A stretch of DNA of 64,000 nucleotides from a virus (lineage: Duplodnaviria > Caudoviricetes). The notes under the pieces were generated by a model that had not been told where the DNA came from, made no database searches, and worked only from the letters and a program-made list of their open reading frames with translations. The first letter of the stretch is position 1, and every line of letters starts with the position of its first letter. Location: the IMG/VR virus record IMGVR_UViG_2061766007_000009. One strand, 5' to 3'. Position numbers and translations under genes: made by a program. Below, one piece after another: positions 39,002 to 48,020 of the stretch.

Positions 39002-41473
39002 TTAATAAGTTCCACAGTCAATTATATTGGTATTTCTACCATTTGACAGCAGAATCGAAGCGTTAATTTCTGACGATGCTGTTGACGCAGAAGTTTGTGT
39101 AACATAACCACTAGCAGTCATACATTTTCCAGCGTACATCCAACCATCCGCAGTGATGTTTCCATCAACGTCTGTAGTAGCAGAAGACCGTAGGTCCGTA
39201 GTTCTAATGGCTTTCGTTACCATAGACCCACCAGAAGAGACAGTTGCACCAGTCACAAATGACACGCCCTCAGTAGTGGTCGCAGTGCCAGTAGTGGTCT
39301 TCACCAGAATAGGCGTTAGACCACCCTCGTAAAGAGTCTGTGTTACAGCACTATCTGGGTCAACTGGCAGACCTATCCAAGATGTACCACTAATTGTAGC
39401 ACCCTTAACGGTTGTACCACTAATAGTTGGCGATTTAACAGAGGTAGATGCTGTAACATCATTTGCGGTCGCCGTACCAGTTATTGTTAACGAACTACCG
39501 CTAAATGCCGCACCAGAGATGTTTCCAGTGGCCTTAACAGTACCAGTCACTATCAACGAACCACCACTGAATGTTGCCGCAGACACATTGCCAGTGGTTT
39601 TAATGTTACCAGTCTTATCAATTGTCGCTGCACTTGAGAAATAAACCTTATTTCTTGCAGAAGCACTTGTGCCGTTATCAACCTTAATTATGATTGGATT
39701 AGATGTACTTCCAGTAAATTGCTCTTGTGTTACCTTAGAGTCGGCTGGCAATTTAAATGCAGTACTCCTTACGTAGGTTGGGTGTCCATATCCATCGGTA
39801 TCAATAGAGGTAACCGCAGTAAATTGACCGCCATCTGAAATCTGGGTTGGGTCACCTGCTGGCATAACACTATTTGTAGTAATAGTCTTATGGGCAATTG
39901 TAACGGTTCCCGTAGTCACATTACCACCACCGCTTAAGGGACTGGTAGTGCTGATATCTGAAATATCGATATTATTCTGAATTACATCCCAATTTGTTGA
40001 AGCAGTACCAGAGGTTGTATCTTTATTACAGATAAACATATCACCAACCTCAACCTTTTGTCCAGCAACATAACCAGATACAGCAACCTTGTACACATCA
40101 CCCTTCTCTGCCGCTGGCAAAGATGCACCAGGAGATGTTGATTGACCGCTTACGGTTCCTTTGTATACCAAAGCATCTGCTACGTCAACGAGTGCCGCAC
40201 TAATAGCCTCAGTAACCGCACTCTGGGACATAACTGTACTACCAGTAGCAGTCCCAGTAGTTTCCACAACTTTTACAATACCTTCGCCAGTCGAGGATGC
40301 TACTGGCAAACCCTTATAAGTACCACCAGAGATGGTTGCACCGTAAGCACTTGTAGCACTAATAGTTGGTGCCTTAACGTGAGTAGCGGCACTAATCGTG
40401 TTAGCAGACACATTACCACCTCTGATATTACCGCTTGCCGTTACGGAACCACCACTAATGGTTGCACCGTAAGCACTTGTGGCACTAACTGTTACACCTA
40501 AAGCACTTGTACCGCTAATTGTTGCCGATTTCACAGATGTCTTTGCAGAAAGGTCACCAGCATTGTTGACAGTCACATTGTTTGCGAAATACGCCCCACT
40601 GGTAACCGCACTGTTTGTGGTATCCATTTTGGTCAAAATTGGATAGTTGCCAGTCGCCAAAGAACCCATACCAGTTTGTGTCATTGCGGTATCTGGGTCA
40701 ACGGGTAAATTCTCATAGGTCGTAGCACTAACTGTAACGCCCTTAACAGTTCCACCACTGACGGTTGTAGCACTAATGCTTGGCGAACTAACAGATGTCT
40801 TGGCAGAGAAGTTACCAGACCCGTCGATAGTTGCTGCGGTTACAAATGCTACACCAGCAGTAGTGCTTGCAGTACCAGTACCGTTCTTTAACAGAATAGG
40901 TCTTGCTGTGGTATCGGTGTATCCACTCTGTGTTGTGGCACTATCGATATTGTCGGGCAGTTGGTACTTAGCCAATTTTATCATAGACATATGCCCCATT
41001 CCATCATCAGTAACAGCAGTAACCGCATTGAAAGTACGGTTCGTAATAGTCGTTGTTGCTTGGTCTGTAACGGTAGTTACATTACCAGTATTGTGCCTAA
41101 TCGTAACAGTTGACGCACTTAATTGACTACCCCCACTCAAACCAGTGCCAGCGGTAACGGTTGTAGATGATAAAGCACATTGATTAATTGCCGCCCAGAG
41201 TAACTCTGCACTTTCATAGATAGTTACGCCAGTTTTGCCATTTACACCTTTGTGAACAATACCATAGATAGTTTGCACATCGCCAGTACTTGCACTGCCA
41301 GCGGCATTATAACGAGCAAGAATCGCTTGACCGTCAACAATGTCACCCGATGTGGTAGAACCAGTGGCAATGCCCCTCATTCCAGTAATCGCCGCATTTC
41401 TTGCAGCCGCACCATCCGCTCCAGTATAAATGGTGTTATTTCTTAAAAATTGAATTTTTTTCGTAATAGCCAT
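39002..41473 (-). CDS. Thr/Ser/Gly/Ala-rich fibre protein
   Basis: IQFLRN..DGQAILARY N-terminus, ALVYKGTV..KGDVYKV..VEVGDMFIC..WDVIQNN module, ends IDCGTY. Confidence 0.75.
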   Translation of the reverse strand: MAITKKIQFLRNNTIYTGADGAAARNAAITGMRGIATGSTTSGDIVDGQAILARYNAAGSASTGDVQTIYGIVHKGVNGKTGVTIYESAELLWAAINQCALSSTTVTAGTGLSGGSQLSASTVTIRHNTGNVTTVTDQATTTITNRTFNAVTAVTDDGMGHMSMIKLAKYQLPDNIDSATTQSGYTDTTARPILLKNGTGTASTTAGVAFVTAATIDGSGNFSAKTSVSSPSISATTVSGGTVKGVTVSATTYENLPVDPDTAMTQTGMGSLATGNYPILTKMDTTNSAVTSGAYFANNVTVNNAGDLSAKTSVKSATISGTSALGVTVSATSAYGATISGGSVTASGNIRGGNVSANTISAATHVKAPTISATSAYGATISGGTYKGLPVASSTGEGIVKVVETTGTATGSTVMSQSAVTEAISAALVDVADALVYKGTVSGQSTSPGASLPAAEKGDVYKVAVSGYVAGQKVEVGDMFICNKDTTSGTASTNWDVIQNNIDISDISTTSPLSGGGNVTTGTVTIAHKTITTNSVMPAGDPTQISDGGQFTAVTSIDTDGYGHPTYVRSTAFKLPADSKVTQEQFTGSTSNPIIIKVDNGTSASARNKVYFSSAATIDKTGNIKTTGNVSAATFSGGSLIVTGTVKATGNISGAAFSGSSLTITGTATANDVTASTSVKSPTISGTTVKGATISGTSWIGLPVDPDSAVTQTLYEGGLTPILVKTTTGTATTTEGVSFVTGATVSSGGSMVTKAIRTTDLRSSATTDVDGNITADGWMYAGKCMTASGYVTQTSASTASSEINASILLSNGRNTNIIDCGTY

Positions 41474-41527
41474 TGTTTTTATATTTTTTAATAAGGTGCC
41501 CCATTAAGAGGAGCACCTCTGATTATT

Positions 41528-43369
41528 TTATTCAATAGTATATGTTCCAGCGTCAAGTCCAACGAGGTAAAGTCCGCCGTCTGTGTCAAACTCAAGCCCC
41601 GAAGCGGTAACCGCTGAAGCGGTCTGCTTGGTACCGTCGCTCGACAACTTAACACTAACTCTCTTGTCATTGGTTCCACTGACTGCATTGACGTTGATAC
41701 CGTTACCAGAAACAACATCCACCGCATCATTCACTGCCACATCAAGTTTGGCAATCGCTGTTTGCACAGTATCAGCGGAAGTGATACGAGTATAAGCAGT
41801 TTCGGGTTCGTAATCATCACCTACAGTAAGGTCTGCCGCATCAACCTCAAGTTTTGCGATTGTGCCTTCAGCCTCCTCAGTTGAGAGAACATTGTTGAAT
41901 TTTACTGTGCTGAGTACACCAGATGTTGCAGAGATAATCTTGTCTTCAAAATATTCAAGAATATTGTTGAGACTTGCACCAGAGGTGAGAATATGACTTC
42001 CGGGAATATCAGAACCTACAGTAAGGTTGTCTGTGTAAATGACAATCTCCTCAACGTGATTGTTTGCTTGTGCACTTACACCATTAACTTTGACAATCTT
42101 CAGATAGTCGTCAAGGTCATCTTGCAAACTGGAATCCAATTTGTCGGCTGTGATTGCACCGTCAGCGATTTCGTTTGTATCAACTGCACCACTGGCGATT
42201 TTACCGTTAGTTACCGCACCGTCAGCAATCTTATCCTCAGTGACTGCATCGTCGGCAATCTTATCCTCGGTAATTGCATTGTCGGCGATTTCGTCTGTAC
42301 CAACCGCACCACTGGCAATCTTGTCACTTGTAATTGCGTCATCAGCGATTTCGTCTGTACCAACCGCACCACTGGCAATCTTGTCGCTTGTGATTGCGTC
42401 ATCAGCAATCTTGTCTTCGGTAATTGCACTGTCGGCGATTTGCTCTGTACCAACTGCACCGCTGGCAATCTTGCCGCTAGTAACTGCACCATCGGCGAGT
42501 TCTTGTGTGTCAATTGAGCCAGCAACGATTGTTGCGGAAATTACATTGCCACTACTGATAGCGAGTTGAACTTGTGAAGCATTCTCTTCTGCGGTATACT
42601 CATCAGCAAGGTCTTTAACATTGACATATACCAGATTGTGTTTATCGTCAGCATTAGCGAGTTGCAATTTCATATACTTCTCACCTGCGGTCAAGCCAGC
42701 AGTTTCAGCACTTGCACTTGTACCTTGTTTTTCCGTTCCGTCTGCGGTGATAACTTCACCAGAAGAAACCACCATATCTTTGGGAATATCAATAGTGCCA
42801 ACAGTTTTATTACCTTGACGTATAAGATATTTTAATCCATCCATTTGTGTGGCCACACTAACGGTAAGGTCGTCAGTTAAACCACTTTCGAGGTCTGCAA
42901 TGTCATCCTTTACCTCATCGAGGGCATCGGCCACATTTGTCGCACTAAACGACACACTATCCAGACTAATTTGTTCTGCTGAGATTGCGGCTCTTGAGAT
43001 TTCAAGAGTACCACCAGACATATCGACTGCGGTCACAAATTCATTCTGAACTGGAGTGTCAGTATAGTTCAGATTCTCACTGATATACTCTTCAATAAGT
43101 TCATTGACCTTCGATTCATCAATATCACCATTAATAATGGTCATTGTCTTTGTAGCACTAAGTGGGTCACTACCAGCAATGTACCTAATACCAAGGAGAG
43201 ACTTCACACTACTAGCCTGGTGAGGGGCCTCATCTGTGTAATACCTTGCAAGAATGGGTGTACCATCTTGCAATACTGGTGCGTTTCCACTGTTCAAGTA
43301 AGCAACGGCAGCCTCATAAGATTCAAATGGGGTTGTGTTGCGGAATAATTGTAAATGTCTTGTTGCCAT
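41528..43369 (-). CDS. Modular fibre protein with KIA(D/S)(G/D)A(V/I) repeats
   Basis: LQLFRN..DGTPILARY N-terminus, IDIPKDMVV module, 10-aa repeats, LDAGTY near the end. Confidence 0.75.
   Translation of the reverse strand: MATRHLQLFRNTTPFESYEAAVAYLNSGNAPVLQDGTPILARYYTDEAPHQASSVKSLLGIRYIAGSDPLSATKTMTIINGDIDESKVNELIEEYISENLNYTDTPVQNEFVTAVDMSGGTLEISRAAISAEQISLDSVSFSATNVADALDEVKDDIADLESGLTDDLTVSVATQMDGLKYLIRQGNKTVGTIDIPKDMVVSSGEVITADGTEKQGTSASAETAGLTAGEKYMKLQLANADDKHNLVYVNVKDLADEYTAEENASQVQLAISSGNVISATIVAGSIDTQELADGAVTSGKIASGAVGTEQIADSAITEDKIADDAITSDKIASGAVGTDEIADDAITSDKIASGAVGTDEIADNAITEDKIADDAVTEDKIADGAVTNGKIASGAVDTNEIADGAITADKLDSSLQDDLDDYLKIVKVNGVSAQANNHVEEIVIYTDNLTVGSDIPGSHILTSGASLNNILEYFEDKIISATSGVLSTVKFNNVLSTEEAEGTIAKLEVDAADLTVGDDYEPETAYTRITSADTVQTAIAKLDVAVNDAVDVVSGNGINVNAVSGTNDKRVSVKLSSDGTKQTASAVTASGLEFDTDGGLYLVGLDAGTYTIE
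42140..42510. repeat. 30-bp (10-aa) coding repeat with 60-bp superperiod
   Basis: CAACCGCACCACTGGCAATCTTGTC at 42301 and 42361; about 12 ten-residue units. Confidence 0.85.
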
Positions 43370-43402
43370 AATATATTTTTATTGTGTTATTTTATTTTAT
43401 GT

Positions 43403-45433
43403 TTAAGATTGATATTCGTCCGTTTCGTGAGCGATTTGCCCAAGAAGGTCAGTAACATTCATAAATTGGTTTTCAACCCACATCCATACAGTACCGTCAT
43501 CACGTACCTCGAGAGCATTCTTTCTGTTTCGTGGGTCATCACCGATACCTACCGAGAATACTGTATTCGATGTTGCAGTGGCGGCGGTTCGTGTGCCGTC
43601 ATTAAAGGTTTCTCCATTTTGTAGTGAAAGGTTATACGAACCAATTGCAACCTCATTCTCGTTTCTCGCACTAAGTGTATCATTGGTGCGAATTGAACCT
43701 TCTCCGAAACCCTTATCCCACAACGAGTCGGCATCAACGTCAACCTTAAGGTCGTATGTGTTAGTTTCTGAGTCATAGGTTATGGTAACACTGCTGTCGC
43801 TTGACTCAATATGTGTAACCCCACTTCCAGTTGGACCATTGTGAACAAGCCACCAAACCTCATCGAACACACCACCGTCGTGCTGACTTTGAGGTGGGTT
43901 GTAAGTGTATCCACTTTCGGTCTTCTCAATACGAGGAGTAAGAACCTGGAGTCTTGTCAGAATGTCAGCATCACCTACAGTTCGAGCCTCAGCCTCTTCG
44001 TCAATCATTGTGAATGCACTTTGAATGTTGGCATTCATCAAATCAAGACTATCGGCGACTGCTCCCGAATACACATTAAATTCCGACTGATTCACCTTAC
44101 CGTCGAGTGCCTCAATAACGGTGTCCACACTTGCGGAAATTGCACTAACACTACCCTCAAGATTGCCGAGCCTCTCGTGTGCTTCTGTGGCTAGGGCGGT
44201 GATGGCACTTGTGTTTTCTTCAACCTTCTCACTCAAATCACCAATATTGGCCTCATTTTGTTCAACCTTTCCGCTTAATTCATTAATTCTCGCTGAATTA
44301 TTTTCTGCCATTGTTTTGGCAGACTCTGCAAGAGTGAGTGCTGAATCAGCAGTCGCCGAGACTGTTTGAAGGTCTGCTGAGACTGTTTGAAGGTTTGCCG
44401 AGACTGTTTGAAGGTCTGCGTTGCTCGCCACACCGCTTGTGGAGAGGATGTAGTTAACGCCGCCAGATACATTGGTTCCAGTCTGTACATCGAGGAATCG
44501 CTCGCCACGTGCCTTTGAGACTGTAACTGTCGCAGCGGACAAAGCCCCATCCACATAACTTTTATTTGCTTTACCAGCAAGGAGGTTATCGACTTCTTCC
44601 TTGGTGTAGTAATTAGAAAGGTCAATCTCTTCTGGGAGAGGACCAAGTTCTTCCCACGCATTAGCCACCCAAATATACTCAATGAACTGGTTTGTTCCAC
44701 CAGTTTGTTCTTGGGGAACAAGATAAATGATGTTTGGTCTGGGGTCTGTTACATCTTCAAGACTTAGGACGATTTCGTACAATTTGGGGCTTGGTGTGCT
44801 TGCTGTTACCGAAATAACATTATCAGCAATCAAAATACCGTCTCCAGCAGTCAATTTGTCTTGTTTGCCTTCGAGGGCTTCCTCCACTCCAGTAATTGCG
44901 CTTTCCACACTTTCAGTAGTAGCGTATCCACTAAGATTGATACCGAGACCGTCGTCAGTAAGTGTCAGTGCATCATTGTTATTCTCATCAAGTTTGATTG
45001 AGATTTTATTGTCATCACCAATCAAAATGCCTTGTCCTTGCTTATATAATGTCACAAGGTCCTCAACATCGATTGCAAGTTCGTATGACTCCCCAATAAC
45101 AGGAGTGATGTTCAATTTTATCTCTTTGGCTTCACTGTCATAGGAACCACCGTTTATTGATTTAATAAGAGGGTATTCCACAGAAGCAATTTCAGCGTTT
45201 CCGTGGGCTACGTCAGTAAGTTTAAGGAGATTTCGTTTTTGTCCGTCGTTTGAAGGTACAACTTCTAATCCGAGTTTGGCAAGAAGCCCCTTGTCTGTGA
45301 TTGTAATGATATTCTTCGAGTCGCTGTCAACTTTGACATCAGCCTTGCAAGAATTGGTAATAATCACAGTTTCGTGGGTAAGTTTCTTCTGCTCATTGTA
45401 GAAGCCGTATCCATAGAATCCATGTATTTTCAT
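43403..45433 (-). CDS. Fibre protein with coiled-coil shaft and YadA-neck-like C-terminus
   Basis: KQDKLTAGDGI, IIYLVP..EYIWV..WEELG..IDLSNYYTK, LQTVSA heptads, FSVGIG..RKNALEV..DG. Confidence 0.7.
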   Translation of the reverse strand: MKIHGFYGYGFYNEQKKLTHETVIITNSCKADVKVDSDSKNIITITDKGLLAKLGLEVVPSNDGQKRNLLKLTDVAHGNAEIASVEYPLIKSINGGSYDSEAKEIKLNITPVIGESYELAIDVEDLVTLYKQGQGILIGDDNKISIKLDENNNDALTLTDDGLGINLSGYATTESVESAITGVEEALEGKQDKLTAGDGILIADNVISVTASTPSPKLYEIVLSLEDVTDPRPNIIYLVPQEQTGGTNQFIEYIWVANAWEELGPLPEEIDLSNYYTKEEVDNLLAGKANKSYVDGALSAATVTVSKARGERFLDVQTGTNVSGGVNYILSTSGVASNADLQTVSANLQTVSADLQTVSATADSALTLAESAKTMAENNSARINELSGKVEQNEANIGDLSEKVEENTSAITALATEAHERLGNLEGSVSAISASVDTVIEALDGKVNQSEFNVYSGAVADSLDLMNANIQSAFTMIDEEAEARTVGDADILTRLQVLTPRIEKTESGYTYNPPQSQHDGGVFDEVWWLVHNGPTGSGVTHIESSDSSVTITYDSETNTYDLKVDVDADSLWDKGFGEGSIRTNDTLSARNENEVAIGSYNLSLQNGETFNDGTRTAATATSNTVFSVGIGDDPRNRKNALEVRDDGTVWMWVENQFMNVTDLLGQIAHETDEYQS

Positions 45434-45583
45434 ATTGTCTGTGCTATTTTTATATAAATATCATTTTATCTCGCATTGTTTGTGCCATTTTCTTCAAAAG
45501 TTTAGCACATTAAAACTGATAGCAACTTTGGCGTATTTAGCCAAAATTCCTCATATATAATTAGAAATTAAATGATAATAATA

Positions 45584-45615
45584 TTTGTTACTTTCAAAAA
45601 AAAATTATAATTTTG
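45584..45615 (+). promoter_or_regulatory. Bacteroidota sigma-A type promoter TTTG-N20-TAATTTTG
   Basis: Exact -33/-7 consensus 22 nt upstream of ATG 45638. Confidence 0.75.
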
Positions 45616-45637
45616 CGGCAATAAAAAATACATTAAT

Positions 45638-45898
45638 ATGATTGATTTATTTTCATTGCCAAGAGAGGAGTTCAACAAGGCACTCAAAGACAGACAGAGA
45701 TACAATATGCAAATCGTTGATGTGATTAAGGAATATGTAGAAAAATATCCAGATTGGAGATTCCAACAAATTCTGCAAAACATCGGAGTATCAATGCGAA
45801 ATCAAGGGGATTTATTCCACGAGGAGTCGTACGAGACTGCTGGAAGAGTGAGAGAAACTTGCGGAGCGGACATTTGTCCAGAGAGCGAGGAGAAATAA
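45638..45898 (+). CDS. Small early hypothetical protein
   Basis: YVEKYPDWRFQQIL..DLFHEES; own promoter and terminator. Confidence 0.7.
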   Translation: MIDLFSLPREEFNKALKDRQRYNMQIVDVIKEYVEKYPDWRFQQILQNIGVSMRNQGDLFHEESYETAGRVRETCGADICPESEEK

Positions 45899-45900
45899 AA

Positions 45901-45930
45901 AAATGGGTCCGCTAGAGGCGAACCCATTTC
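45901..45930. terminator. Terminator downstream of major capsid gene (probably bidirectional)
   Basis: AAATGGGT..ACCCATTT hairpin with adjacent A tract. Confidence 0.7.
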
Positions 45931-45950
45931 GTATCAAGGCAGTCAATAAA

Positions 45951-47990
45951 TTATCTGAATTCACTGATTGGCCAGTGAACAAGACCGTCAACGCGTACGT
46001 GACCATAGTAGCGGTTGTTAACAACCTTCTTTGCATAACGGGTCATGATACCCTTAACTGGTGCAAAGTTGAATGGGTTGTAGATAGTTGGAGTCAACTG
46101 CATAGGTACGTATGGTGCGTAGATGTAACCAGTGTCGAGCAGTGATTTACCCTTGTGACCGATGATGATGCTCCAGTGTGGGCTATATGGGTCACGATAA
46201 ACCTGATAGCGGTTATTCAGAGCACCAATCTTCTCGATACCCATATTGTACTGGTCGCTCTCAGCACTTGCGTCTGATACGTGGAAGTACTCAAGGTTGT
46301 CGAAGAGGGCAGAGATTTCAGAAGACACAACGATGAAGTTTGCACCACCGCGGAGTGTCGACTTGTGAATCTGAGCACTAATCTGGTTAATCTTAGTCAT
46401 AAGTTCTTGGTTCCAGTCTTTCTGGGTGTAGTTGGTCGAGAAGGCGGCCATACGACGCCATCCGTTAACATCCCAACGTGCTTGCCAAGGAGCAACCTTA
46501 CGGAGGTCGCGGAGAATCTCACGGTCAATCTCAGCAGCGATTTGCTCAGAAAGGATGGCGGTGAGTTCAGCCTCAGCGTCGATGTTATGGAATGCAGATA
46601 CGTCTTGTGCCAATTCTGGTGACCAAGTAGCACGCAGTTTGCGTTCCTCTACAGAAACGGTAACTGAATCCAACTTGAACGATACTTCACCAATCTCGGT
46701 TTCGAGTTCGAGGCTGTCGTACTGAGCCCAAGCAATCTTGAAGGCTTCTTGTGCGGTGCCCGAAATCTGCTCGGCGTCAACACCAATGTAACCGTCGATG
46801 GTCTTACCTTGCTCGATGGTTGGTTTGGCGAGGTCGAGTTCGATGTAGATTTTGCCTTGTGCGTCGCAGATATTGCCATATTCAACAATACCCTTGCCGT
46901 ACTTCTGGGTAACAACGCGGAAAGGAATTGCCTCATACTTCATGAACGAAGTAGTGGTAGTTGCGCTGTCAGCACCAATCTTAGAGGCTGGAATAGCGTT
47001 CTTAGTGATAACCTTCAAAGAAGCAAGGAATGCCTCGGTATCCATCTCGTTACCATCAGGGCCAGTAAGTTTACCAGCGTTGAAGGCAGAGAAACCGTCT
47101 ACAGCGAGGATGATGTTACGCAGAGTGCCGTCGAAACCGCTCTTTGCGTATTCGCTCATCTCACCTTCGAATTCCTTCATACCAGCAGGGGTCAGAACAA
47201 CAGGAGCGGCATTGCCAACCTTGATTGTAACTTTACCCTTGCTATTGTCATACAAGAAGTCGTTGTAGAACAAGTCATACAAACTCTTCTCGAAGTACTG
47301 GGTTACCTCTGGACCAACCTTGCGGATGGCAGTGTAAGGCAGACCGAGTGCGTCGGCTTTCTCTTGGGCGTCCTTGTAGGTATCGAATGTGTTTTCGAAT
47401 GTATCGGTACCACCGCTAGCAAGTTTAGCCTCAACGTTTTCACCAGCACTACCCAGTTCTGGGAAGTACCAAGCGTTCTGAAGGTCGTTTACAACCTCAT
47501 CGGGGAGGTAGTAGCGAGGTTCAACACGTCCATCCTTATTTCTGTTCTGACGGTCATAGCCCATAAGACCTTTATGACGGCCAGTAGTACCGTCGACGAT
47601 GTCGCCGGCTTCTGGAGTCTCGCCAGAGAAGCCCTCTGGGAGTGCCCATTCACGCTCACTGGTAACTGGCAGAATGAAGAACAACTTTCCAACTGGAAGG
47701 TTCATTGCCTGTACCGATACGATGTCGTTAGCAAGAAGTTTGCTGAATACACGACGAATAATTGGGAATACTACGGTCTCGAAAGCACCAGAGTTATCAG
47801 CAGCAGTTGCCTCATAGATAAGGTGTTTTGCTTCGTTCTCATACAGAGTTGCCACGTTTTCCTTAATGGCACCTTGCAGACCCTCGGTGAAACCGAGGTT
47901 ATCCCAACGGTTCTGTATTTTTTCGCGGATTCTCTTTTGCTCGTTCAGTTCGATATTACCGACTTGCCCGCTTGATAAAAATTCTCTCAT
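45951..47990 (-). CDS. Major capsid protein (T4 gp23-like) with large insertion
   Basis: FPIIRRVF..LANDIVSVQAMNLPVG; RKLRATWSPELAQD..DAEAELTAILSEQIAAEIDREIL; GYIYAPYVP; GIMTRYA. Confidence 0.95.
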   Translation of the reverse strand: MREFLSSGQVGNIELNEQKRIREKIQNRWDNLGFTEGLQGAIKENVATLYENEAKHLIYEATAADNSGAFETVVFPIIRRVFSKLLANDIVSVQAMNLPVGKLFFILPVTSEREWALPEGFSGETPEAGDIVDGTTGRHKGLMGYDRQNRNKDGRVEPRYYLPDEVVNDLQNAWYFPELGSAGENVEAKLASGGTDTFENTFDTYKDAQEKADALGLPYTAIRKVGPEVTQYFEKSLYDLFYNDFLYDNSKGKVTIKVGNAAPVVLTPAGMKEFEGEMSEYAKSGFDGTLRNIILAVDGFSAFNAGKLTGPDGNEMDTEAFLASLKVITKNAIPASKIGADSATTTTSFMKYEAIPFRVVTQKYGKGIVEYGNICDAQGKIYIELDLAKPTIEQGKTIDGYIGVDAEQISGTAQEAFKIAWAQYDSLELETEIGEVSFKLDSVTVSVEERKLRATWSPELAQDVSAFHNIDAEAELTAILSEQIAAEIDREILRDLRKVAPWQARWDVNGWRRMAAFSTNYTQKDWNQELMTKINQISAQIHKSTLRGGANFIVVSSEISALFDNLEYFHVSDASAESDQYNMGIEKIGALNNRYQVYRDPYSPHWSIIIGHKGKSLLDTGYIYAPYVPMQLTPTIYNPFNFAPVKGIMTRYAKKVVNNRYYGHVRVDGLVHWPISEFR

Positions 47991-48020
47991 TTCTGTATTT
48001 GTTTTGTTTTTGATTATTTG

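Noticed and set aside
46749-47975. 408-aa plus-strand ORF antisense to the major capsid gene
   Set aside because: Shadow frame expected from the biased codon usage of a highly expressed gene; no recognisable motifs, promoter or ATG start
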